A stretch of DNA of 64,000 nt. Source: Dehalococcoidia bacterium (GTDB lineage: Bacteria; Chloroflexota; Dehalococcoidia; UBA2979). The notes under the pieces are model-generated. The model had not been told where the DNA came from. It saw nothing but the letters and a program-made list of their open reading frames with translations, and made no database searches. Of the stretch, positions 26,954 through 37,495 are shown piece after piece (position 1 is the stretch's first letter; each line of letters begins with the position of its first letter). The stretch lies in assembly GCA_965219085.1 (NCBI GenBank), contig OZ244720.1:32001-96000 (forward strand), written 5' to 3'. Made by a program: the position numbers and the translations under genes.

Positions 26954-27513
26954 TCGGAACCGGAGACCTCAAGCGCGGCGTGTCGGTGGAAGTCGACGGC
27001 TCGCTCTACCAGGTCGTCGACGTCCACCACGTCAAGACCAAGAAGTCCGCCGTCTACCGCGTCAAGATGCGCGACCTGCGCGGCGGCCACATCATCGAGC
27101 GCACCTTCAACGCCGGCGAGAAGCTGACCGCCGCCCGCGTCGAGCGACGCGAGATGCAGTACCTCTACGCCGACGGCGACAGCTACACGTTCATGAACAC
27201 GGAGACGTACGACCAGATCATGGTGCCGCGCGAATCCATCGAGGACGCGCTGCCCTACCTCAAGGAGAGCGACCTGGTGCAGGTCCAGCTCTACGGCGAA
27301 GAGGCGCTCGGCCTCGAGCTGCCCGCGGCCGTGACGCTGCAGATCGTGCAGTCCGACCCGGGCGTGAAGGGCGACACCGCCACCGGTGCGACAAAACCCG
27401 CGACGGTCGAGACGGGGCTCGTCGTCGACGTGCCGCTGTTCATCAACTCCGGCGACACGATCAAGGTCTCGACCTCGACCGGCGCCTACATCGAGCGGTC
27501 CTCGACCGGCTAG
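26950..27513 (+). CDS. efp: Elongation factor P
   Basis: DLKRG, ERTF, MQYLY, FMNTETYDQ, PGVKGDTATGATKPA..ETG and VPLFI. Confidence 0.95.
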   Translation: MIGTGDLKRGVSVEVDGSLYQVVDVHHVKTKKSAVYRVKMRDLRGGHIIERTFNAGEKLTAARVERREMQYLYADGDSYTFMNTETYDQIMVPRESIEDALPYLKESDLVQVQLYGEEALGLELPAAVTLQIVQSDPGVKGDTATGATKPATVETGLVVDVPLFINSGDTIKVSTSTGAYIERSSTG

Positions 27514-27546
27514 GCCCGCCGGCCCGCCGGCCCGAAGCGGAGCACG

Positions 27547-28731
27547 ATGCCGCCCGAGGTCTATCCGGTCCACCAGGTCACCCGCTACCTGCGGGAGCTG
27601 ATCGAGGCCAACCGCCACCTCTCCGACATCTGGGTGTCGGGCGAGGTCGCCAACCTCACGCGGGCGTCGTCCGGCCACGTCTACTTCACGCTCGGCGGCG
27701 GCGGCAGCGCACTGCGCTGCGTGCTGTTCCGCAGCCGCAACGTCGGGCAGGGGCAGCGGCTGGCCGAGGGCATCTCGGTCGTGGTCTACGGGTCACTCTC
27801 GGTGTACGAGCAGCGCGGCGACCTCTCGTTCATCGTCGACTTCGTGCAGCCCGAGGGCGTGGGCGCGCTCGCGGCCGAGTTCGAGCGGCTGCGCGCGAAG
27901 TTCGAGGCCGAAGGGCTGCTCGCCGTCGAGCGTAAACGCCCCCTGCCCGCCTTCCCACAGCGTGTCGGCCTCGTCACCTCGCCGACAGGCGCCGTGCTGC
28001 ACGACGTGACCGATGTGCTCGGACGGCGCTGGCCGCTCGCGCGCCTGATCGTTGCCCCCGCACGCGTGCAGGGCGATGGCGCGGCCGCGCTCATCGCCGA
28101 GGCGCTGCGGCGGCTCGGCGACGAGCAACTCGATGCGATCATCCTCGCGCGCGGCGGCGGCGCGGCCGAGGACCTGTGGCCATTCAACGAGGAGCCCGTG
28201 AGCCGCGCCATCTACGCGTCGCCCGTGCCGGTCATCTCCGCCATCGGTCACGAGACCGACACCACGCTCGCCGACCTTGTCGCCGACGTGCGCGCGCCGA
28301 CGCCGTCGGCCGCGGCGGAACTCGTCGCGCCCGACCGCGCGGAGGTCTCGCAGCGCGTCGGCGCACTGGCGCGCCATGCTGACACGGCGGTGGCGCGACG
28401 GCTCCGCACCGCCGGCGACGTCACCGACGCGCGCGGCGCGGCGCTCAACATGGCCCTCCCCGACCTCGCGGCAGCATCGCGGCGCGTAGCGGAACGCGCT
28501 GCCGCGGGAGGGCGCGCGCTCGAAGTCGCGCTCGCCCGCGCGGGCGAACGCACCGGCGCGCTCAGCGGCCGACTCGCGGCGCTGTCGCCTCTCGCCACGC
28601 TCGACCGCGGCTACGCGGTCGTGACGCGCGAGGACGGCTCGGTGGTGACCTCGGCGGCGGCGCTGCGGCCCGACGACGCGGTACAGTTGCGACTGCGTGA
28701 CGGCACGCGCTCCGCGCGCGTCACGGGCTAA
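27547..28731 (+). CDS. xseA: Exodeoxyribonuclease VII large subunit
   Basis: SGHVYFTL, RGGG..EDLWPFN, SAIGHETD and PTPSAAAE motifs. Confidence 0.96.
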   Translation: MPPEVYPVHQVTRYLRELIEANRHLSDIWVSGEVANLTRASSGHVYFTLGGGGSALRCVLFRSRNVGQGQRLAEGISVVVYGSLSVYEQRGDLSFIVDFVQPEGVGALAAEFERLRAKFEAEGLLAVERKRPLPAFPQRVGLVTSPTGAVLHDVTDVLGRRWPLARLIVAPARVQGDGAAALIAEALRRLGDEQLDAIILARGGGAAEDLWPFNEEPVSRAIYASPVPVISAIGHETDTTLADLVADVRAPTPSAAAELVAPDRAEVSQRVGALARHADTAVARRLRTAGDVTDARGAALNMALPDLAAASRRVAERAAAGGRALEVALARAGERTGALSGRLAALSPLATLDRGYAVVTREDGSVVTSAAALRPDDAVQLRLRDGTRSARVTG

Positions 28732-28751
28732 CCGCGCCGCGAGGAGCCTCG

Positions 28752-29000
28752 ATGCCAGACGCCACACCCGAACCGCCCGCAGGCGACGCAGCCGACTCGT
28801 TCGAGGCACTCTTCGCGCGGCTCGAGGCGATCACCGCGCAACTCGAAGCCGGCGATCTCCCCCTCGAACGCTCCGTCGAGCTCTACGCCGAGGGGATGCG
28901 CATCGCGGAGCGCTGCCAGCGGATGCTCGCCGACGCCTCCCAGCGCGTCGAGCGCCTGCGCGAGGCGTACGACGAGGCAACGCAGAACTCGCTGCTGTGA
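28752..29000 (+). CDS. xseB: Exodeoxyribonuclease VII small subunit
   Basis: FEALFARLEAI..LEAGDLPLERSVELYAEG. Confidence 0.93.
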   Translation: MPDATPEPPAGDAADSFEALFARLEAITAQLEAGDLPLERSVELYAEGMRIAERCQRMLADASQRVERLREAYDEATQNSLL

Positions 29001-29815
29001 CACTGCGCATCGGCTGGTTCACGACGGCGCGCGGCCCCGGCTCGCGCGGCATGTTCGAGCACGTCGAGCGCGCCGTGCGCGGGGGTGACCTCGACGCGGA
29101 GTTCGCCTTCGTCTTCTCCAATCGCGAGCGCGGCGAGTCCGGGGCCACCGACTCGTTCTTCGACCTCGTCGAGGGCGCCGGCATCCTGCTCGTGACCTGC
29201 TCGTCGGTCGCGTTTCGGCGGTCGATCGGCGGCGAGCGTTCACGGCCCGGCGAGCCGCTGCCCGCGTGGCGGATGGCGTACGACCGGCGCGTCGCCGAGG
29301 CGATCGCCGAGCACCCCTTCGACCTCGGCGTGCTCGCCGGGTACATGCTCATCGTGGAGCGTGAACTGGTCGAGCAGCACGCGCTGCTCAACCTCCACCC
29401 CGCCCTGCCGGACGGTCCGGCGGGCGTATGGCAGGCCGTGAACCGCCGGCTCATCCGCGAGGGCACCGAGGAGAGCGGCGTGATGGTCCACCTCGCGATC
29501 CCCGAGGTGGACGAGGGGCCCGCCGTCGCCTACTGCCGCTACCCGCTGCGCGACCCACAGCTCGAGGCGCTGCGCGAAGCACTGGCTGCTGCGCCCAGCG
29601 AGCTGGACAACGCCACCATCGACGCGAGCCCGCTATTCGCCGCCATCCGCGCGCGCGGCGTGGAGCGCGAGGCGCCGCTGCTCGCCGCGGCGATCGCCGA
29701 GTTCGCGAGCGGCGCGCTGCGCGTCGAGGGCGCGCGCGTCGTCGACGCGGAGGGCCGCACTGCGCCGCCCGCCGACGTGACGGCGCGCGTTGAGGCGCAA
29801 CTCGCCTCGCGCTGA
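28997..29815 (+). CDS. purN: PurN-like formyltransferase
   Basis: FVFSNR, VLAGYMLI, LLNLHPALP, GVMVH and VDEGP motifs. Confidence 0.75.
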   Translation: MTLRIGWFTTARGPGSRGMFEHVERAVRGGDLDAEFAFVFSNRERGESGATDSFFDLVEGAGILLVTCSSVAFRRSIGGERSRPGEPLPAWRMAYDRRVAEAIAEHPFDLGVLAGYMLIVERELVEQHALLNLHPALPDGPAGVWQAVNRRLIREGTEESGVMVHLAIPEVDEGPAVAYCRYPLRDPQLEALREALAAAPSELDNATIDASPLFAAIRARGVEREAPLLAAAIAEFASGALRVEGARVVDAEGRTAPPADVTARVEAQLASR

Positions 29816-29890
29816 GCGACCTCGGCGGCTGGCCGCGCGACCGCCGAACCCGGTAGGCTGTTCGCACTCCCCCTGAGACGAGGATCGCGC

Positions 29891-30226
29891 GTGCCGGAAT
29901 CGACGCCACCCGCCGGCGCCCCCGTACCCTTCGAACGCGCCCTGACGCTGGTCGGCGAGCGGCTGCCCGCGCGGTACGTCTCGCGTACGCGCGAGCTCGC
30001 CGAGATCGCGTCGCGCGCCGTCGTCGTGGCGGCCGAGGCGGCCCTGCCGGTGCTCGGCCGCTCGATCGCCGTCGCCGTGGTCGCGTACACGGTCGAGCAG
30101 GCGCTGCGGGCCAGTCTCGGCACCTTCGTCGAGCGCCTGTTGACGCCCATGGATCGGGGCGGCTCGACGATCACCAAGACCGACATCACCGAGTGGATCA
30201 TCATCGAGCGGATCCGTCGCCGCTAG
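29891..30226 (+). CDS. Hypothetical protein
   Basis: ORF fills the gap between operon genes, has a GAGGA RBS and host-like codon usage. Confidence 0.6.
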   Translation: MPESTPPAGAPVPFERALTLVGERLPARYVSRTRELAEIASRAVVVAAEAALPVLGRSIAVAVVAYTVEQALRASLGTFVERLLTPMDRGGSTITKTDITEWIIIERIRRR

Positions 30227-30239
30227 GCGGCAGGCGCAC

Positions 30240-31022
30240 GTGCCCACCGATCCCCCCACCGGCGCCGGCGGCGAACGCCTCCAGAAGATCCTCGCGCGAC
30301 GCGGCTACGGCAGCCGCCGCAAGTCCGAGGAGCTCATCCGCGCCGGCCGCGTCCACGTCGATGGCCGCCCGGCCACCGTCGGCCAGCGCGCCGACCCCTC
30401 GGCCCGCATCACCGTCGACGGCACATCGCTCGACGACGAACAGGCCTCGCTCACCCTCATGCTGCACAAGCCGCCCGATGTGATCGTCGCCGCCTCGGAC
30501 GACCGGGACCGGCAGACGGTCTTCGACCTGCTCGGCGATGTGCCGCCCGGGCTGCGCCACGTCGGACGCCTCGACCGTGACAGCGAGGGACTGCTGCTGC
30601 TCACCACCGACGGCGAGCTCGCGCACCGCGTCGCGCACCCGCGGTTCGAGGTCGCCAAGACCTACGAGGCGCTCGTGGAGGGCCGCCCGAGCGACGAAGC
30701 GCTGACGCAGCTCCGCGCGGGCATCGACCTCGACGACGGTCCGACACACCCCGCGGAGGCAGAGCGGCTACGCCGCGCAGACGACGGGTGGTGGGTGCAG
30801 CTCGTGCTGCACGAGGGCCGGAAACGGCAGGTGCGGCGCATGCTGGCCGCCGTCGGGCACCCCGTCCGCCGCCTGGTCCGCACGCGCCTCGGCCCGCTCG
30901 AACTCGGCGACCTGCCCGCCGGAGTGTCCCGTCCCCTGACCGACGGTGAGCTGGCCGAGTTGCGCGCGCTGTGCGGTCTCGACGCGCCGTCGGTAGACGC
31001 CGCCGAGCGCACGTTCCTATGA
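30240..31022 (+). CDS. rluB: rRNA pseudouridine synthase (RluB/RsuA family)
   Basis: S4 domain ERLQK..SRRKSE; VGRLDRDSEGLLLLT.DG; EGRKRQVRRM. Confidence 0.92.
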   Translation: MPTDPPTGAGGERLQKILARRGYGSRRKSEELIRAGRVHVDGRPATVGQRADPSARITVDGTSLDDEQASLTLMLHKPPDVIVAASDDRDRQTVFDLLGDVPPGLRHVGRLDRDSEGLLLLTTDGELAHRVAHPRFEVAKTYEALVEGRPSDEALTQLRAGIDLDDGPTHPAEAERLRRADDGWWVQLVLHEGRKRQVRRMLAAVGHPVRRLVRTRLGPLELGDLPAGVSRPLTDGELAELRALCGLDAPSVDAAERTFL

Positions 31023-31783
31023 TCGCGTCGCCACGAGGGGACGGCGCGGCGGTGGAGCACACGACCCCGACCGACGCACCGGAGTCCGAGGCAACCGCAG
31101 GCTCGATCGCGCGCAGTGTCGCCATCGACGGCCCCACCGCCTCGGGCAAGAGCGCCGTCGGCCGCGCGCTGGCGCGCCGCCTCGGCTACGGCTTCCTCGA
31201 CACCGGCCTGATGTACCGTGCCTGCACCCTCGCCGTCCTCGAATCGCCCGTGGATCCCGAGGACGAGGCGCCGGTCGCCGCGCTCGTGCGCGCGCTCGAC
31301 CTCGACGTGCAGTGGCCGGATCCCGAGACGCCGCGCGTGCTGATCGCGGGCGACGACGTGAGTGACCGGCTGCGCGAACCGGAGATCGAGGCGACCGTGT
31401 CGCTCATCTCGCGCGTCCCGGCGGTCCGCGACGAGCTCGTACGTCGCCAGCGAGCGTTTGCCGAGCGCACCCCGATCGTGATGGCCGGTCGCGACATCGG
31501 CACGCGCGTGCTCACCGGGGCGCGCACCAAGCTCTTTCTTGACGCCTCGCTCGAGGTGCGCGCCGCGCGCCGCCTCGCCGAGGAGCAGGCGGCGGGCCGC
31601 GGCAGCGACCTCGGCCGCGTGAGCGCGGAGACGAACCGCCGCGACAACCTGGACTCGACGGGGAAGCGCGCGATCCGCCCCGAGCAGGCCGCGCCCGACG
31701 CGGTGGTGATCGACACAGACGATCTCGGCGTGGACGGCGTCGTGGCCCGCGCCATCGAGGCATACGAACGGGCGAACGCGTGA
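31019..31783 (+). CDS. cmk: Cytidylate kinase
   Basis: AIDGPTASGKS, LDTGLMYRA and GRDIGT motifs. Confidence 0.95.
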   Translation: MIASPRGDGAAVEHTTPTDAPESEATAGSIARSVAIDGPTASGKSAVGRALARRLGYGFLDTGLMYRACTLAVLESPVDPEDEAPVAALVRALDLDVQWPDPETPRVLIAGDDVSDRLREPEIEATVSLISRVPAVRDELVRRQRAFAERTPIVMAGRDIGTRVLTGARTKLFLDASLEVRAARRLAEEQAAGRGSDLGRVSAETNRRDNLDSTGKRAIRPEQAAPDAVVIDTDDLGVDGVVARAIEAYERANA

Positions 31784-32499
31784 AGCGTATCTGGGACTTC
31801 TGGTCGGCCGCGTTCTACGGCTTCAGCGGCGTGACGGTACTGCTGCTGCTGCGGCTCATCGGCAGCGTCGAGATCGCCAACGCCGACCGCGTCCCCCGCG
31901 AGGGCGGGGTGATGATCGTCGCGAACCATGTCACCCTGATAGACCCGCTGCTGGTATGCGCCACCGCGCCACGGCGACTGCGACCGATCGCGAAGCGCGA
32001 GCTGTTCGAGACACCGCTGATCGGGTGGACGGTGTGGCTGTACGGTGCGTTCCCCGTCCGGCGCCACTCGGGCGACCTCGGCGCGCTGCGGGCCGGCCGC
32101 AACCACCTGCGAGCGGGCCGCGCCGTGCTCGTGCATCCCGAGGGCACGCGGTCGCCGGACGGGAGACTCCAGCCGGGCTTGCCGGGCTCGGCCGTGATGG
32201 CGTTGCTCGGCGGCGCACCGATCGTGCCGTGCGCGGTCACCGGCACGCTGCCCATCAAGGGCACTCGATCGATCCTGCGCGCGCTGCTCGGCCGCCGTAC
32301 GTCGATCCGCATCGTCTTCGGCGAGCCGTTCACGCTCGACGCAGGCAAGCCGACGGCCGATCGGGCGGAGGCGGCGACCGATCTGATCATGCGTCGCATC
32401 GCCGAGCTGATGCCGGAGGAGTACCGGGGCGCCTACGGCGCGGGCTCGGAGGGTCAACTCGTCGTCGCCCGCCACCGCGACAGCGCCCGCTCCGAGTAG
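31780..32499 (+). CDS. plsC: 1-acyl-glycerol-3-phosphate acyltransferase
   Basis: NHVTLID, AKRELF and PEGTRS motifs. Confidence 0.9.
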   Translation: MKRIWDFWSAAFYGFSGVTVLLLLRLIGSVEIANADRVPREGGVMIVANHVTLIDPLLVCATAPRRLRPIAKRELFETPLIGWTVWLYGAFPVRRHSGDLGALRAGRNHLRAGRAVLVHPEGTRSPDGRLQPGLPGSAVMALLGGAPIVPCAVTGTLPIKGTRSILRALLGRRTSIRIVFGEPFTLDAGKPTADRAEAATDLIMRRIAELMPEEYRGAYGAGSEGQLVVARHRDSARSE

Positions 32500-32522
32500 C
32501 CGTTCCTCGCCCGCGGGCGCTA
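32491..32522. repeat. Left direct repeat of the ATPase-HEPN cassette
   Basis: tccgagtagccgt-tcct-cgcccgcgggcgcta; 28/32 identical to 35457-35488. Confidence 0.85.
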
Positions 32523-32912
32523 TCCGTCTGGCATCGCCGGACGGGACGGCGCGCGTGCCGCGACCGCCTCGACGAAGTCTTCAACCATCTCGATCCAATA
32601 TCGCAACTCGTCACGAGAGGGTTCGATCTCGTACGGATGGTGGTGGCAGACACGGCTCAGAGCCGTCCAGGTCTGCCACGCCGTCGCCGCAACTTGCTCG
32701 CTGCGAACGTACTCACCCAGACAGAGGAATTGCGCTCGGGCCGGGAGTGACTCAACGCTCGGCGCGCGCTCGTGCCACAGATCGCGCATTGCCATTTCAA
32801 GCGCCTGGCGTGCGAGCGCCGCGGCTGCACGAGGCCAAAGCCCTGCGGTGGCCGGCTCGTGCCGCTCGACGAGGGCGCGTGCCTCTGCGACCAGGCGGGC
32901 AGAGGAGGTCAC
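32520..32912 (-). CDS. Small helical HEPN-like protein
   Basis: AAALARQALE (HEPN-like helix) and LSRVCHHHPYE (Rx4H); GTGA-coupled to the ATPase. Confidence 0.65.
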   Translation of the reverse strand: MTSSARLVAEARALVERHEPATAGLWPRAAAALARQALEMAMRDLWHERAPSVESLPARAQFLCLGEYVRSEQVAATAWQTWTALSRVCHHHPYEIEPSRDELRYWIEMVEDFVEAVAARAPSRPAMPDG

Positions 32913-35359
32913 TTCGAAGACCTGAGCGCCGTGGCCAGGGCTTCGGAATTATCGATGAGCGCGCGAAGCGCGCCGATGCTCACGCCCTCGTGCGAACCGC
33001 GGGTGCATGCGAAGAAGGCGTCACCGGCGCGCCGGCCAAAGCGAGAGTTGATCGCGCTCCCAACTTCGTGAGCCCGCCCGGGCTTGTCGAAGAGGAGCAG
33101 GCCAGCCTTCTCGACGAGTGACTGGGCCTGTTCGAGCGACTCCTCGACTTCGCGGTGGGGGACGCCACGCCCGATCCATCGACGCCGCACGACCTCCATG
33201 CACACCGCCTCAATCGCGTTGCGGCAGAAGACCGGCACAACCCTCCCTGCGACATCCGCCGACAGGCCCGGCGTCTGCACCAAGGCCCTTGCATCATCGA
33301 AGTAGCGAGCCACCGGGTCCGAGACTGGACGTACTTCAACCACTGACGAACCGCGGCGCGCGACTTGTAGTTGCTTCGCGCGGATCCCGAGTCTGCGGAC
33401 CGCCTCGGGCAGCCGGTCGTCGTGGGTGAACACGATGACCTGACGCTCCCGAGCGACGTCATCGAGCACTCGCGCGAGACCGTCGACCTTCGCCGCATCC
33501 ATGGCCTGAACGGGGTCGTCGATCACGACGAAGCGAAACGGACTGGCATTGAAGGTCGCCCGCGGCAGAAACAGGCTCAGAGCGAGCGAATGCAACTCGC
33601 CCTGGCTCATCACACCGAGCGCCGCGCCTTCGGTTCCGTCGACGGTCACATCAACCGCGAGACGACGCCGATTCCCGCTGCCGGCGAGGTCGAAGCGGGT
33701 GATGTCAACACTGCTCCCCTGCCGCAGTTGCGCCCAGATCGCAGACGATTGCTCGGCCAACGGGGCGAACCGCTCGGCTCGCACGGCATCCATGGTGCCT
33801 TGCAGCCACTCCTCGCCAGCGCTCAGCTCCCCGATTTGCTCGCTCCCCCGCTGTGCTTCGCGAGCGGCGGGCGACCATGCGCGCAGGCGTTGAGCCACAG
33901 GACGCCATGCGTCCTCGCGACGTTCAAGCTCGGCTCCGGCTCGTTCGCGCACGCCAGCGGCCGCTTCGCGAACGGGACCGAGCGCGGACTCTATGTGGTC
34001 GGCAAGTGCGCCCGCGTCGACGTCGTCGGGAGGGGCAAGCCACGCGTCCCACACCGTACGGAGCCCCACAGCTTCGATGCCCACCCGGTGGGCTTCGCCG
34101 AGCGCGTTCGGTGCGGGCTGCAAGAAACCTCGCCCCGCGCGCATCGCGGCGTCCACGCCGTCACGCGCGGCCTGCGCCCCGGCCGCCCCGTGCTGGAGCG
34201 ATTCGACCTCTTGCTCTGCCCGCTGGCGCCACGCGGCATCGAGCGTCCCGGCGCCGCAGACGGGACACGGCCCGCCGCCGGCGTGGTCGTGGAACCGAAC
34301 CGCCGCTTCGAGCAAGTCTGCTACCTGCAGCGCACGGCCCGCATCGGTGTTCCGCGTGGCGTCGTATGCCATCTGGGCGTCCCGAAGCCCCTCGCAAATC
34401 ACTGCCGCCGCTGCCTCATCCGGTGCGTCGATTGCGGCCAGTTGCCGCAAGGTCGTCAGCTCATCCGCGGCATCCGAGCCCGTGGCCCCTTCGAGCGCCC
34501 GCTCCACGACGCCGAGCCCCCAACCATCGGACTGCAGCGCCTCCAGACACTGCGTGGCCCGAGCGTCGTCGAGGGCTCCGAGCGCCTCGATGAGCTCGCT
34601 GCGGATTGCGTCCGCGTCTCCGAGGGCTTGCCGGCGGCTCAGCCGCGCCCGTCTGAGCCGCGCGCGGGCGTCGACCAGCGCGTCGAGACCGAGCACTCGC
34701 GAGACGCTGTCGTAGAGCGTCGTCGGCCCGGCTTCCAGCGTCGTTCCGAGTTCGTTGTAGGAGAGGAACGGACGGAAATGGGCTAGAGCGTCCTCCCAAC
34801 CCAGCATCGAGAGATCGCCTCGCGGTTGCCCGATGGTCTGTGCAGTCGCGACGCCGTCGGGCAGTAGGTCATCCGCGTCCCAGTGCCGCTCGATCCGTGT
34901 CTCGCCGGTCGTCCCCTCGATAGCGAGTCCCGCTTCGACGCGCACGGGGTCTCCATGGTGCAGGTTTCGCCAGCCCTCCTTCCAGATGGCCGAGCGATCG
35001 TCCCAGCGCCGGTTGCTACCCGTCAGCAGCATCTCAAGGCCCTCGGCGAAGCTCGACTTGCCGCACCCATTCGGGCCGATTACGAGCGTGAGACCGGGCC
35101 CGGGCTCAATCGGAAGCTCGGCCCGAGCTCCGATGCCACGAAAGCCCTCCACGGAGATGGACGTGAGGTACGCGCCGACAGGCGCCGGGGCGGTAAGGGG
35201 GTCACTGTCCTCGGCGTCTGGAGATGCTTCGCCGTCCAGCGCGGAATCAAGGGCCTCGTCCGACTCCAAGCTGGCCAGAACGAGCAGTCCCGACGCAACG
35301 TCGATTCCCCCATCCCGGTCCAACTTGTTCCCGACGAGTGCAGCCAGCTCGCGATCCAT
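32909..35359 (-). CDS. Rad50/SbcC/RloC-like ABC ATPase with zinc hook and HEPN-like C-terminus
   Basis: GFRG, Walker A GPNGCGKSS, coiled coils around CPVCG, signature MSQGE, Walker B VVIDDPVQAMD, H-loop FTHD; tail FCRNAIE...TRGSH. Confidence 0.85.
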   Translation of the reverse strand: MDRELAALVGNKLDRDGGIDVASGLLVLASLESDEALDSALDGEASPDAEDSDPLTAPAPVGAYLTSISVEGFRGIGARAELPIEPGPGLTLVIGPNGCGKSSFAEGLEMLLTGSNRRWDDRSAIWKEGWRNLHHGDPVRVEAGLAIEGTTGETRIERHWDADDLLPDGVATAQTIGQPRGDLSMLGWEDALAHFRPFLSYNELGTTLEAGPTTLYDSVSRVLGLDALVDARARLRRARLSRRQALGDADAIRSELIEALGALDDARATQCLEALQSDGWGLGVVERALEGATGSDAADELTTLRQLAAIDAPDEAAAAVICEGLRDAQMAYDATRNTDAGRALQVADLLEAAVRFHDHAGGGPCPVCGAGTLDAAWRQRAEQEVESLQHGAAGAQAARDGVDAAMRAGRGFLQPAPNALGEAHRVGIEAVGLRTVWDAWLAPPDDVDAGALADHIESALGPVREAAAGVRERAGAELERREDAWRPVAQRLRAWSPAAREAQRGSEQIGELSAGEEWLQGTMDAVRAERFAPLAEQSSAIWAQLRQGSSVDITRFDLAGSGNRRRLAVDVTVDGTEGAALGVMSQGELHSLALSLFLPRATFNASPFRFVVIDDPVQAMDAAKVDGLARVLDDVARERQVIVFTHDDRLPEAVRRLGIRAKQLQVARRGSSVVEVRPVSDPVARYFDDARALVQTPGLSADVAGRVVPVFCRNAIEAVCMEVVRRRWIGRGVPHREVEESLEQAQSLVEKAGLLLFDKPGRAHEVGSAINSRFGRRAGDAFFACTRGSHEGVSIGALRALIDNSEALATALRSSK

Positions 35360-35456
35360 ACGGGTCTCCTACAGGAACGGTCTATGCGCGTCTGCGCATG
35401 AATAATTGGAGATCACGAGTGTACTAGCATCGGTCGTTGGGACGATAGTCGCCTCA

Positions 35457-35488
35457 TCCGAGTAGCCGTCGGGCGCCCGCGGGCGCTA
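35457..35488. repeat. Right direct repeat of the ATPase-HEPN cassette
   Basis: tccgagtagccgt-cggg-cgcccgcgggcgcta; ends on the TA of the probable glmS -10 box (TACGCT). Confidence 0.85.
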
Positions 35489-35524
35489 CGCTTGCGGGGG
35501 CGGGGCCGACGCGAGGACTGCGTT

Positions 35525-37378
<1,854 letters not shown>

Positions 37379-37495
37379 GCGCCCGGCCCGCGCCGAGCCC
37401 CGCGCTCTGTGGATTCGACGCGTCACGAGCCGGTCCGTCGCTCCCTCGGGCCCGGCGGCGGCACGTATCGTGGCTGACGGCGAGGGGCGTTGCCG

